A stretch of 64,000 nucleotides of DNA, from NCBI GenBank assembly GCA_963695545.1, contig OY968796.1, positions 2,272,001 through 2,336,000 of the forward strand, given 5' to 3'. The notes beneath the pieces were generated by a model that saw only the letters and a list, made by a program, of their open reading frames with translations, had not been told where the DNA came from and searched no databases. The position numbers and the translations under genes were made by a program. The DNA is from Terriglobia bacterium. Lineage in GTDB: Bacteria > Acidobacteriota > Terriglobia > Acidiferrales > UBA7541. Positions 49,675-59,202 of the stretch are shown here, one piece after another. The stretch's first letter is position 1. The number at the start of each line of letters is the position of its first letter.

Positions 49675-50984
49675 AAACTCCGCGCAGCACCGAATCGCAC
49701 GAACGTGTCCTGTTAGTTGGCGTCGGCTTGAAACGTACTCCCCGCATGGCTGGTCAAGAAGCCGGCGCACCCGAGCGCGAAGCGCTGCTTGAGCTCGAGG
49801 AATTGGCGCGCAGCGCCGGCGCCGTCGTGGCGGGCTCGGTGTTCCAGGTCCGCGACGCGATCGATTCGGCCACGGTGGTCGGACGCGGCAAGCTCGAAGA
49901 AATCAAAATTGAAGCGAATCTGCACAAGGCGCCGCTAGTCGTCTTCGACCGCAACCTTACGCCCACGCAGCAGCGCAACCTCGAGCGCGAAATCGATCGT
50001 CGCGTGATCGATCGCACGCAGTTGATCCTGGATATTTTCGCGCGGCACGCCCTCAGCCGCGAAGGCCAACTCCAAGTCGAGCTCGCGCAATTGAACTACA
50101 TGCTCCCGCGCTTGGCCGGCCAGCGCACCGAGCTCTCGCGGCTCGGCGGCGGCATCGGCACTCGCGGTCCCGGCGAACAGAAACTCGAAACCGACCGCCG
50201 TCGCATTCGCGATCGGGTCGGCCGCATCGCGCGGAGCATCGAGACGCTGCGCAAACAGCGCGGCGTGCGTCGCCAATCGCGCCGCGCGGTTCCGCTCGGC
50301 ATGATCGCGCTTGTCGGCTATACGAACGCCGGAAAATCCACGCTGTTTAACGCGGTGTCGGGCGCCGACGTTTTGGTTTCGCACAAAATGTTCGCCACGC
50401 TCGACCCGACGGTGCGCGGCGTGCGTCTGCCCTCGGGCCGGCGCGCGTTGTTTTCCGACACGGTCGGATTCATTCGCGATCTGCCGCCGGGACTGATGGC
50501 GGCATTCAAGGCTACGCTCGAGGAAGTCGAGGAGGCGGCGCTGATCCTGCATGTCACCGACGTTTCAAATCCAGCTCACGCCGAACAAGACGCCGAGGTC
50601 GAAAAAGTGTTGCACGATCTCGGCGTCGCGGGCCGCCCTCGACTCCGCGTCTTCAACAAGATCGATCGTTTGACGCCCTCGGAGATTGAGGCGCTGAACG
50701 CACCGGGCGAATCGGGCGACACGGCGTCAGTTTCCGGGCTCACCGGCGCCGGCCTGGAGCAGTTGCTTCAAAAAATTGACGAGCGCCTGCCAGTCGATCC
50801 AATCGTCCGCCTGCGCTTTCGCTTGCCACTCTCCGACGGTCGGTCGCTCGCCCTAGTGCACGGCTTAGGGCACGTCCTGAACTCGGAAGTTGAAGATTCG
50901 CATATGCTTCTCGAAGCCGACCTGCCCGAGTCGATCGTGCGCCGCCTGGGCCTTGAGTCGGTTGGCGATCCGGCCCGAAAATAA
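49671..50984 (+). CDS. hflX: Ribosome-splitting GTPase HflX
   Basis: DRTQLILDIFA, GIGTRGPGE, GYTNAGKST, FATLDPT, DTVGF, NKID. Confidence 0.97.
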   Translation: MKTPRSTESHERVLLVGVGLKRTPRMAGQEAGAPEREALLELEELARSAGAVVAGSVFQVRDAIDSATVVGRGKLEEIKIEANLHKAPLVVFDRNLTPTQQRNLEREIDRRVIDRTQLILDIFARHALSREGQLQVELAQLNYMLPRLAGQRTELSRLGGGIGTRGPGEQKLETDRRRIRDRVGRIARSIETLRKQRGVRRQSRRAVPLGMIALVGYTNAGKSTLFNAVSGADVLVSHKMFATLDPTVRGVRLPSGRRALFSDTVGFIRDLPPGLMAAFKATLEEVEEAALILHVTDVSNPAHAEQDAEVEKVLHDLGVAGRPRLRVFNKIDRLTPSEIEALNAPGESGDTASVSGLTGAGLEQLLQKIDERLPVDPIVRLRFRLPLSDGRSLALVHGLGHVLNSEVEDSHMLLEADLPESIVRRLGLESVGDPARK

Positions 50985-51008
50985 AGACCGTCCAGTAGGA
51001 CTGCCCGA

Positions 51009-51223
51009 GTTGGAAAAGCTGTGGAAACCTCTGGAAGTGGCTGCAGCGCCAAGATCTTAGGGGAAACGCGTGATCCAAGCGGAGCGGCGACTGCGGCTGC
51101 ATCCTATTCATACTAAGCTGGTTACGCGATAGCCAGGAATTGCGTCTATGGCCGCCGGCGCGATTTTCCCCTAAATCCTTTGATTTGTGATTTTCACAGC
51201 CCCCAAGCCCTATTGTGGCCAAC
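51009..51223. repeat. Long nested imperfect inverted repeat (candidate structured RNA or MITE-like element)
   Basis: Pairs 51009-13/51219-23, 51018-27/51191-200, 51051-70/51159-80, 51118-24/51130-36. Confidence 0.55.
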
Positions 51224-51276
51224 TGGTAACCCGCCAAGATGGTTTGCCCTAACGCCTCGCGCCTCGGTCAGGGGCG

Positions 51277-51305
51277 TTGACGCCCCGCGCATCGGGGACT
51301 ATATT
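51277..51305 (+). promoter_or_regulatory. sigma70-type promoter of pgsA
   Basis: TTGACG-N17-TATATT; the -35 sits inside the palindrome GGGGCGT-TG-ACGCCCC. Confidence 0.65.
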
Positions 51306-51372
51306 GTGATTGGTCTCGGAGCCGGGCTCATCGTGGTTATGCCGCGTCCGGCTAAGTGTCCTCGGATACCCC

Positions 51373-52005
51373 ATGAACCTGCCCAACAGCCTGACGATCC
51401 TCCGGATTTTCTTCATTCCGCTCTTGGTGGTCGTCTTGCTCACCCAGCAGCCCAATATTAACTTCTGGGGGCTGCCGATGAACTTCGCGGTGTGGGGCGT
51501 GCTCATTCTGCTGGCCGCTGCGGCAACGGATTGGGCTGACGGCTACTACGCGCGCCGCCGCCGCCAGATTACCACGCTCGGGATTCTGCTCGACCCGATT
51601 GCGGATAAGCTGCTGATGACCGGGGCGTTCATTTCGCTTGTCGAGATGCGTCTGGTTGCCGGCTGGATGGCGGTGATCATCATCGGGCGCGAGATTACCG
51701 TTCAGGGGCTGCGCAACATCGCCTCCGCCGAAGGATTCACGATTCCGGCGTCGGCGCTCGGCAAGACAAAGATGGTGTTGCAGGTACTCGCCGTCTGCGT
51801 GGTGATTCTGGCCGCGAAACGGCCGCAATTTCATCGGCTGGGCATTTTGTTGCTGTGGCTGGTGGTGGTAAGCGCGATCGGCTCAGCAGTGCAGTATTTC
51901 AAGAAGTTCTGGAGTCAGCTCGACGATCGCGTGAAGCAGCGGCGCAAACTTTCGGTCCTCGACGCGCCGCCGCACAAGAATCCTCAGGATGTCGCCACTT
52001 TGTAG
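51373..52005 (+). CDS. pgsA: CDP-diacylglycerol--glycerol-3-phosphate 3-phosphatidyltransferase
   Basis: NLPNSLTILR, TDWADGYYAR...GILLDPIADK, GKTKMVLQ. Confidence 0.95.
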   Translation: MNLPNSLTILRIFFIPLLVVVLLTQQPNINFWGLPMNFAVWGVLILLAAAATDWADGYYARRRRQITTLGILLDPIADKLLMTGAFISLVEMRLVAGWMAVIIIGREITVQGLRNIASAEGFTIPASALGKTKMVLQVLAVCVVILAAKRPQFHRLGILLLWLVVVSAIGSAVQYFKKFWSQLDDRVKQRRKLSVLDAPPHKNPQDVATL

Positions 52006-52552
52006 TGAAGAGCGGCGGGAACTGTTGGCCCGCGCGCGCCGCGCCATCCTTGATGCAACAATCGGCAAGCCTTCTTCTCAGTCCGCATCTCGATCCGAAT
52101 CCGGCTCCACGGCAGAAAACACCTGCGGTGTGTTCGTAACGCTGCATCATCGTGGACGATTGCGCGGGTGCGTAGGCCAAATCGAAGCCGTTGGCCCGCT
52201 CTCCGACGCCGTCGCGCGCTGCGCCGTCGCCGCGGCGTGCGAGGATCCGCGGTTTCCTCCCGTCGAGGCGGCGGAGATCGCCGATCTGGAAATCGAGATT
52301 TCGCTTTTGTCGCCGCTCAAACCGCTCGCGGCGTCGCAGATCGAGATCGGACGTCACGGCCTCGTCGTGGAGCGCGGATCGCGGCGCGGCTTGTTGTTGC
52401 CGCAGGTCGCGGCGGAGCGCCACTGGCAGTGGCCGCGCTTCGTCGAAGAGACCTGTGTAAAGGCCGGCCTTTCGCGCGACTCCTGGAAGGATTCGGCAAC
52501 GCGCACCTTCGCGTTCACGACGGAAGTGTTCAGCGAGAAAAACTGCACGTAG
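51989..52552 (+). CDS. amrA: AMMECR1-domain protein (AmmeMemoRadiSam protein A)
   Basis: GVFVTL, LRGCVG, DPRFPPV, EISLLS, GRHGL, GLLLPQVA, KAGL. Confidence 0.92.
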   Translation: MSPLCSEERRELLARARRAILDATIGKPSSQSASRSESGSTAENTCGVFVTLHHRGRLRGCVGQIEAVGPLSDAVARCAVAAACEDPRFPPVEAAEIADLEIEISLLSPLKPLAASQIEIGRHGLVVERGSRRGLLLPQVAAERHWQWPRFVEETCVKAGLSRDSWKDSATRTFAFTTEVFSEKNCT

Positions 52553-52587
52553 TTGCGCGGTCTTTCGCGCCTCCACTTTCACCAAAT

Positions 52588-52617
52588 GGAAAGGGCCGGG
52601 CGTTTCCGCCCGGCCCT
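52588..52617. terminator. Intrinsic terminator between convergent genes
   Basis: 11-bp perfect stem AGGGCCGGGCG-TTTC-CGCCCGGCCCT with short T-rich tails on both strands. Confidence 0.7.
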
Positions 52618-52667
52618 CGTTTATCCGTCGTGGCTGCGTGCGGGGAATTCCTCCCCGCGCCCGCGGT

Positions 52668-53537
52668 CTATTCGATCTCGACGTAGTCCCCGGCGAATAG
52701 TTCCCGCCGAGCGTGCGTAATCATCACCGTCGCCGCGTTCGTTCCCACGCGCACTACGATCCCCTCGCCCAGCACTTCGCGCGGAAGATCGCCCCACGTG
52801 TAATGCTCCGGATCGGTTCCGAAGCCGTACATCGTGTAGGTTGTGTTCTTATCCTGATAGGTTGATTCGTTCGTCTCGCCTTCGTGGCGGAACACGCGCA
52901 CGTAGTCGCCCACTTGCAGGCTTTGCTTCGCGCCCAAATTGACGTACACAATTCCGCCGTAGCCGATCACTTGACCGAAGTGCTTCGTCGTCACGATCAT
53001 TCCCACCGGTTTCCCGCTGGGCGGCGCGAACATGTCGAATTGGCTGTCCGCATGGTAGGGCGGAGCGGGTCGCTCGGCGAACGGCACCAGGATGTCGTCT
53101 CGCTGAATCCAATCGCAACTGTGCGTCACTTGAGCGATGGCCGTCTTGGCCTGCACGTTCAGCACGCGCAGCCGGCCCAGATCCACGTACATCGTGCCCA
53201 TCGCGCGCAGTAGCGCGGTCTGACCTTTGAAGTAGGGCTGCGGGACGAAGTCCGATTCCGCGCGCATCGCCAGGAATTCATCTCCGACCTTTACGCCCGC
53301 GTCGGAACCCTTGTTGATGGTCACGAAATCGGGTGCGATGGCCGTAATGCGGTGTTCAGCCTGTTCGGGCGCGATCACGTAGATGTCGTGTGGCATGGCC
53401 TCGCTTGAGACCACGCTCGAGCAATACATGTCGTCTTCAGTAGGCGTGGTGGGCTGCTTCTGCGCCGCGGCCACTCCTGCGGAGAGTACCAGGACCGTCC
53501 CCACATTGAGACACACAGATAATATTCGTCGGTTCAT
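52668..53537 (-). CDS. Exported hypothetical protein (beta-rich, FlgT-C/TsaP-C-like)
   Basis: Signal peptide MNRRILSV...AAAQ; two INKGSDAGVKVGD / VNLGAKQSLQVGD repeats; GGAG RBS. Confidence 0.65.
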   Translation of the reverse strand: MNRRILSVCLNVGTVLVLSAGVAAAQKQPTTPTEDDMYCSSVVSSEAMPHDIYVIAPEQAEHRITAIAPDFVTINKGSDAGVKVGDEFLAMRAESDFVPQPYFKGQTALLRAMGTMYVDLGRLRVLNVQAKTAIAQVTHSCDWIQRDDILVPFAERPAPPYHADSQFDMFAPPSGKPVGMIVTTKHFGQVIGYGGIVYVNLGAKQSLQVGDYVRVFRHEGETNESTYQDKNTTYTMYGFGTDPEHYTWGDLPREVLGEGIVVRVGTNAATVMITHARRELFAGDYVEIE

Positions 53538-53606
53538 TATTGCGCTCCTCCAAACGCCGGGAGCTTGCCTACCCCGGGGTGAGGTGTTGCCTTGCCAAAC
53601 CACGCT

Positions 53607-53623
53607 AGCAAGGCCGCTTCCAG
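53607..53623 (-). promoter_or_regulatory. Candidate sigma54 (-24/-12) promoter for the exported protein
   Basis: Minus strand CTGGAAGCGGCCTTGCT (GG-N10-GC with TTGC), 70 bp upstream of the ATG. Confidence 0.5.
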
Positions 53624-53711
53624 TGGGTCAAGAATGGACTGAGGCCCGCTTTACACTTTTGATACCCGCATGGTACTAAGGTAGCTTCCTTAAAAGAGTT
53701 AGGGGGCAGGG

Positions 53712-55235
53712 GTGTTTGGACCAAATCGCATCTGCGGAGTTGTGGCCGCCGGGACCGGGCTCGAAATGGCCCACCTCCTCAGGCGAACCCTGCGGCAGAC
53801 CCGTACGGTGGAATTGCGCCTCGATTACCTCCGCGGCCCGCGCGAGCTGGCCGCTTTTTTCGCCATTCTCGCCAAAGAATCGCCTCGTGCCACGCTGATC
53901 GCGACGTGCCGTTCCCGCCGCGGCGGAGGACGATTCCACGGTACCGCTGCGGCACAGCGCGAGGCCCTGGCCTCGGCCGCCCGCGCAGGCTGTCAATGGT
54001 GCGATGTCGAGATCGAAGCCACGCGCGGCTGGTCCGCCGCCCGGCGACGGCGCGATCTGCGGCCCGCGCGCGTGCTGCTTTCCTATCACAACTTTCGTCG
54101 CACACCCCGGAATCTGGGCGCGTTCGCGCGCCGTCTCGAGCGCTCCGGCTCCGACGCGATTAAGATCGCCGCCGAATGCCGTTCGATTCAGGATGCTGCG
54201 CGCCTACTCGAATTGGCGCGTGGCCGGAAAAATCGCGTGATCGTGCCTATGGGCGAGCTGAGCCAGGCGGCGCGCGTCCTCGCACTGCGCGAAGGCAGCG
54301 CACTCGCGTACGCCCCAATCGAAACGGCCACTGCGCCGGGCCAAACGTCTCTCGATGAATTTATGCGCCTGGTTCGCGCGCGCCGCCCAACCGGAGCGCG
54401 TTGGCTAACGCGCCAAACTCGCGTCTATGCCGTAATCGGGGATCCCGTGGCCCATTCTCTTTCGCCGCTGATGCACAATGCGGCGTTTGCGCTGACGCAG
54501 CAGAACGCAATCTATCTCGGATTCCGCGTTCCCTCGCTGCCTGATTTTCTGGCCAGCGTCGGCTCGCTCGGCATCTCTGGTTTTAGTGTCACGCTGCCGC
54601 ACAAGGAAGAGATGCTGCGCCGCCTCGACGATTGCGATCCGCTCGCCCGCGCAATCGGCGCCGTCAACACCGTTGTGGTGCGCCCAGGTGGGCGTTTGTA
54701 CGGCTACAATACAGATTACGTCGGTGTGCTGCGTGCGCTCGAACGGCGCGTGAACATCCCGGGCAGTTGCGTCCTTCTTCTCGGTGCCGGCGGAGCGGCG
54801 CGCGCGGCGGCGTTCGCGCTATCGCGCGGTGGAGCGAATGTTTCGATCTGGTCGCGCACGACAGCGCGGGCGCGAAAGTTGGCGCGCGCAGCCGGCGGCG
54901 AAGCGATCGAGCGCGATCGCATCGCGAAGCAACATTTCGACGCCATCGTGAATTGCACGCCGGTCGGCCTTTATCCACACGGCGGCTCTCCGCTGCGCCC
55001 GGCCGAGCTCAACTGCCGCATCGTGATGGACATGGTTTATCGCCCGCGCGAAACCGAATTGTTGCGCGCCGCTCGCCGCCGAGGGATCGAAACTATGTCC
55101 GGCGTGGAAATGTTCGTGGCGCAAGGCGTCGCTCAGTGGGAAATTTGGACCGGCCTGCGCGCGCCGGAAGCGGCCATGCGTCGCGTGGTCAATCAGGCGC
55201 TTCGACAAGAGGAAAGGGAATCAGCGCGGCGATGA
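53712..55235 (+). CDS. aroE: Bifunctional type I 3-dehydroquinate dehydratase / shikimate dehydrogenase (AroD-AroE)
   Basis: VELRLD, SYHNF, KIA, TAPGQ; then GDPVAHSLSP, VTLPHK, GAVNT, NTDYVG, GAGGAA. Confidence 0.93.
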   Translation: MFGPNRICGVVAAGTGLEMAHLLRRTLRQTRTVELRLDYLRGPRELAAFFAILAKESPRATLIATCRSRRGGGRFHGTAAAQREALASAARAGCQWCDVEIEATRGWSAARRRRDLRPARVLLSYHNFRRTPRNLGAFARRLERSGSDAIKIAAECRSIQDAARLLELARGRKNRVIVPMGELSQAARVLALREGSALAYAPIETATAPGQTSLDEFMRLVRARRPTGARWLTRQTRVYAVIGDPVAHSLSPLMHNAAFALTQQNAIYLGFRVPSLPDFLASVGSLGISGFSVTLPHKEEMLRRLDDCDPLARAIGAVNTVVVRPGGRLYGYNTDYVGVLRALERRVNIPGSCVLLLGAGGAARAAAFALSRGGANVSIWSRTTARARKLARAAGGEAIERDRIAKQHFDAIVNCTPVGLYPHGGSPLRPAELNCRIVMDMVYRPRETELLRAARRRGIETMSGVEMFVAQGVAQWEIWTGLRAPEAAMRRVVNQALRQEERESARR

Positions 55236-56818
55236 CTCAAAGCACCATCCAGCCCGATTTCAAAACGTTCTCGCGCCTCGCGCGCCGCGGCAACCTCGTC
55301 CCCGTGTACTCCACGTTCACGGCCGATCTGCTCACGCCCGTATCCGCCTATCTGCGCCTTGCGCGGCAAGCGCGCTACGCCTTTCTGCTGGAAAGCGTCG
55401 AAGGCGGCGAGAAGATTGCGCGCTACACCTTCGTCGGCGCGAATCCGGTCGAGGTGTTTCGCTACGTTCGCGGCGCGTGCGTGCTCGAAGGCGAAGGCCG
55501 CGTTTCCTGGGAGCAGACCAACCCGCTCGATTTCCTGCGCCATCGCGTCGAGCGCTATCGCCCCGTGCGCGTGCCGGGCCTGCCGCCGCTGGTCGCGGGC
55601 GCCATTGGCTATTTCTCGTATGACATGGTGCGCTTGTTCGAGCGCATCCCCGACACTGGCCGCGACGATGTCGGCGCCGACGATGCCGCCATGATGTTTT
55701 TTCTCGGCATGGTCGTATTCGACCACGTCCAGCACCGCATCTGGATCGTGCGCAATGTTTTCACGGACGGCGAAGGCAGCTTGCGCTCGAAATATTTGGC
55801 CGCGGTTCGCGAAATCGAAGCCACGCGCAAACTTCTCGATCAGCCGCTGCCCGCAGAGCAGTCCTCCGCGAAGCCGCAGCGCCGCTCGAACGCGCGTCTC
55901 GCCTTCACCACGAACACCACGCGTGGCCGCTATGAGGCCGCCGTGCGCAAGGCCAAACGCTACATTCGCGCTGGCGACATTTTCCAAGTCGTCGTCAGCC
56001 GCCGCACCGATGTTCGCACCGACGTTGATCCATTCGATCTCTATCGCGCGCTGCGCGTCGTCAATCCTTCGCCCTACATGTATTTTCTAAAGCTTGACGA
56101 CACGGCCGTTGTCGGCAGCTCGCCGGAAATGCTCGTGAAGGTGCAAGGCCGCGAGGCCTTCTATCGTCCCATCGCCGGCACGCGCCGCCGCGGTCGCGAC
56201 GACGCCGACGATCAGCGCCTCGAAGCCGAAATGCTCTCCGATCCCAAAGAGCGCGCCGAGCACATCATGCTTGTCGATTTAGGACGCAATGATCTCGGCC
56301 GCGTCTGCGAATACGGCTCCGTCCAAGTCGAGCGCCTCGCTTTTGTCGAGCGCTATTCGCACGTCATGCACCTGGTCTCCACGCTCCGCGGCCGGCTGCG
56401 CGCCGACGTCGATTGTTTCGACGCGCTCGCCGCCTGTTTTCCCGCCGGCACGCTCACCGGAGCGCCCAAGGTTCGCGCCATGGAGATCATCGACGAACTC
56501 GAGCCCACGCGCCGCGGCATCTACGGCGGCGCGATCCTGTATCTCGATTTTTCCGGCAACCTCGATTCTTGCATCGCTATCCGCACCATGGTGGTCAAAA
56601 AAGGTGTGGTTCATTTGCAGGCCGGCGCAGGACTCGTTGCCGATTCAGTGCCCTCGCGCGAATATCAGGAAACGATCAATAAGCAAGGCGCGATGCTCGC
56701 CGCGCTCGAAGCGGCCCACGCCGAATCGTCGTCCCGCCGCACCACGAAATCGCCGGCGCCGAGCGCGCGGCGAAAAAAATCGAGCAAGAAAAAATCGAAG
56801 CGCGCAAAAACAAAATAA
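55232..56818 (+). CDS. trpE: Anthranilate synthase component I
   Basis: LLESVEGG, GDIFQVV, NPSPYM, PIAGTR, AEHIMLVDLGRND, PAGTLTGAPK. Confidence 0.95.
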   Translation: MTQSTIQPDFKTFSRLARRGNLVPVYSTFTADLLTPVSAYLRLARQARYAFLLESVEGGEKIARYTFVGANPVEVFRYVRGACVLEGEGRVSWEQTNPLDFLRHRVERYRPVRVPGLPPLVAGAIGYFSYDMVRLFERIPDTGRDDVGADDAAMMFFLGMVVFDHVQHRIWIVRNVFTDGEGSLRSKYLAAVREIEATRKLLDQPLPAEQSSAKPQRRSNARLAFTTNTTRGRYEAAVRKAKRYIRAGDIFQVVVSRRTDVRTDVDPFDLYRALRVVNPSPYMYFLKLDDTAVVGSSPEMLVKVQGREAFYRPIAGTRRRGRDDADDQRLEAEMLSDPKERAEHIMLVDLGRNDLGRVCEYGSVQVERLAFVERYSHVMHLVSTLRGRLRADVDCFDALAACFPAGTLTGAPKVRAMEIIDELEPTRRGIYGGAILYLDFSGNLDSCIAIRTMVVKKGVVHLQAGAGLVADSVPSREYQETINKQGAMLAALEAAHAESSSRRTTKSPAPSARRKKSSKKKSKRAKTK

Positions 56819-56839
56819 GCGAGCGACCGGCCTCAAAGT

Positions 56840-57403
56840 ATGATCCTACTGATCGACAACTACGACTCGTTCACTTACAACCTGGCCCAATTCCTCGGCC
56901 ACCTGGGCGAAACGCTCGAAATTCGCCGCAACGATCAGATCACGCTCGATCAGATCGCCGAACTCGCGCCCGCTCGCATCGTCATTTCTCCCGGCCCCGG
57001 TACGCCGCAGCAGGCCGGCATTTGCATCGACGTGATTCGCCGCTTTGCCGGGCAAGTGCCGATTCTCGGCGTTTGCCTGGGCCACCAGGCTATCGGCCAC
57101 GCCTTCGGTGGCCGCGTCATTCGCGCGCCGAAATTGATGCACGGCAAGACCAGCCAAATTCTTCACGACGGCAAAACGATCTTCCGCGATCTGCCGCAGA
57201 GCTTCGTCGCCACGCGCTACCACTCCCTCATCGTCGATCGCAAAGGCTTGCCCAAGGAGCTCGAAATTTCCGCGCACGTCGCCGACGGAACCATCATGGG
57301 CCTGCGCAGCCGCCGGTTGCGCCTCGAGGGCGTGCAGTTCCATCCGGAATCGGTGCTCACCGACGTCGGCATGCAACTTCTGCAAAATTTTCTTAGCCTA
57401 TAA
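56840..57403 (+). CDS. trpG: Anthranilate synthase component II (glutamine amidotransferase)
   Basis: IDNYDSFTYN, SPGPG, GVCLGHQ, RYHSL, QFHPES. Confidence 0.95.
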   Translation: MILLIDNYDSFTYNLAQFLGHLGETLEIRRNDQITLDQIAELAPARIVISPGPGTPQQAGICIDVIRRFAGQVPILGVCLGHQAIGHAFGGRVIRAPKLMHGKTSQILHDGKTIFRDLPQSFVATRYHSLIVDRKGLPKELEISAHVADGTIMGLRSRRLRLEGVQFHPESVLTDVGMQLLQNFLSL

Positions 57404-57478
57404 GCGGCGTCGATTTGTTTTCGGCCCGCTCGTCTCGAAATGGGATGCGGCCGCATCCGATGCTTAGGTGCCGGATCG

Positions 57479-59080
57479 ATGAAGCTCTCCAAGCCCTTGA
57501 CGATCGTCCTCGGAATCCTGGGCGGCGTGCTCCTCGCGTACTGTGTGATCTTCGCGATTAGTCTCGAGTGGGCGTCGCGCCACGGTCGCGAGTTCGTCAT
57601 GCAACAAATCCAAAAAAGGTTCCACGGCGAAGTGCAACTTGATTCCATCAATATCAAGGTCTATCCGTCGGTCCAGGTGACCGGCACCGGCGTCGTAGTG
57701 CTTTTCAAGGGACGCGAAGACTTGCCCCCGCTGATTTCGATCAAGAGCTTCACCGCGCAGGCGAACTGGCTGGAATTGATGCGCCTGCCTCGCCACATTT
57801 CGCACGTCACGCTGGTCGGTTTGCAAATCACGGTTCCCGCCGGGATTCACCGAATCGGGGAGGATAGCGCGCGACCCAGAATTTCGCTGGGTCACTTGCA
57901 CGGTGTCTTCCTCGACGACATCGAAGCGAACGACGCGACCCTCTCGATTTTGCCGAAGCAAGCCGGTAAGGAGCCGCAGGTTTACGACATCGCGAGCCTC
58001 CACGCGCATACCACTTCCGCCGATGGCGAGGTGGCGTTCGAGGCCACGCTGCGCATCCCTGTTCCGCCCGGCGACGTCCTTACCCGCGGTTCTTTCGGTC
58101 CTTGGGATGTCGATGCCCCGGGTCTCACTCCTGTCTCCGGCTCATTCACATATGACAACGCCGATCTCGGCCACTTCAAAGGAATCTCCGGGATTTTGTC
58201 CGCGAAAGGAAGCTACGACGGCGAGCTCGAACAGATCGCTGTCGATGGCGCAACCGACACGCCGGACTTCAGCGTTGACTCCGGCGGACACCCGGTTCAT
58301 CTCACCACCACATTTCACGCCGTCGTTGACGGCGTCAACGGAGACACCGCGCTCGATCCGGTCGACGCGCATTTCCGCCACACCACTCTCCACACCACGG
58401 GAATTATCGCCGGCACTCCGGGCCAAAGGGGCAAAGCGGTCAGACTTCAAGTCAGCACCGCGGGCGCGCGCGTCGAAGATCTTTTGTTGCTCGCCGTGAA
58501 AGACGAACCCGCCATGACCGGCGACGTCCAATTGCACACCGCGTTCCTCTTGCCCGCGCGATCGAAAGACGAAGTTCTGAATCGCCTGTTCCTCGACGGC
58601 GCTTTCAGCGTTGATAAGGTCGTGTTCACCAATCACGGCATCGAACAGAAAGTGGACAAGCTCAGCATGCGCAGCAGCGGAGATACCGGCGCCGTCCCCG
58701 AGGGCGAAGACGTCGCCACTGAGATGCAAGGTCAGTTTCGGCTCGAAGACGGCGTGATCTCTTTTTCCGATCTGAATTTTCGCGTGCCCGGTGCGAACGT
58801 CAACGTGGCCGGCACATTCGGTCTCGATAATCAGGCGCTCGATCTGCACGGCACTTTCGATATGCAGGCGAAGCTTTCGCAGACCACCACCGGCGTAAAA
58901 TCCTTCTTGCTCAGGGCCGTCAATCCCTTCTTCGCAAAACCTGGCGGCGGATCGCGCATCCCCTTCAAGATCGGCGGCACCGCGAAGGATCCCGTCTACG
59001 CGCTCGATCGCCACTATAAGAATGGTGACAACAGCCAGACGCCAACCAAGAGTAGCTCCGCCGAAGCACGCGGCAACTAG
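57479..59080 (+). CDS. AsmA-like protein 1
   Basis: N-terminal TM anchor, beta-rich body, AsmA_2-like C-terminus (FSDLNFRVPGA...PFKIGGTAKDP). Confidence 0.75.
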   Translation: MKLSKPLTIVLGILGGVLLAYCVIFAISLEWASRHGREFVMQQIQKRFHGEVQLDSINIKVYPSVQVTGTGVVVLFKGREDLPPLISIKSFTAQANWLELMRLPRHISHVTLVGLQITVPAGIHRIGEDSARPRISLGHLHGVFLDDIEANDATLSILPKQAGKEPQVYDIASLHAHTTSADGEVAFEATLRIPVPPGDVLTRGSFGPWDVDAPGLTPVSGSFTYDNADLGHFKGISGILSAKGSYDGELEQIAVDGATDTPDFSVDSGGHPVHLTTTFHAVVDGVNGDTALDPVDAHFRHTTLHTTGIIAGTPGQRGKAVRLQVSTAGARVEDLLLLAVKDEPAMTGDVQLHTAFLLPARSKDEVLNRLFLDGAFSVDKVVFTNHGIEQKVDKLSMRSSGDTGAVPEGEDVATEMQGQFRLEDGVISFSDLNFRVPGANVNVAGTFGLDNQALDLHGTFDMQAKLSQTTTGVKSFLLRAVNPFFAKPGGGSRIPFKIGGTAKDPVYALDRHYKNGDNSQTPTKSSSAEARGN

Positions 59081-59202
59081 CGCTCCTTCGCCGTCGATCT
59101 CTCCGTTCTCATCGGCGTCAAGCGGCAACCGACGCGGACTGGTAACGCGCCGCCCCCGCCAAAACGGTGCGGATTCGCATCAAATGCATGGGTGCAAGGT
59201 TC

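Noticed and set aside
51018..51200. Replication origin (DnaA-box-like TGTGGAAA)
   Set aside because: Only two poor boxes, no AT-rich unwinding element, and no dnaA/dnaN/gidA context
58142..59128. 328-aa minus-strand ORF (and similar shadows at 11078-12109, 55193-55987, 60982-61908, 62634-63476)
   Set aside because: Antisense to well-supported genes, with no recognisable motifs
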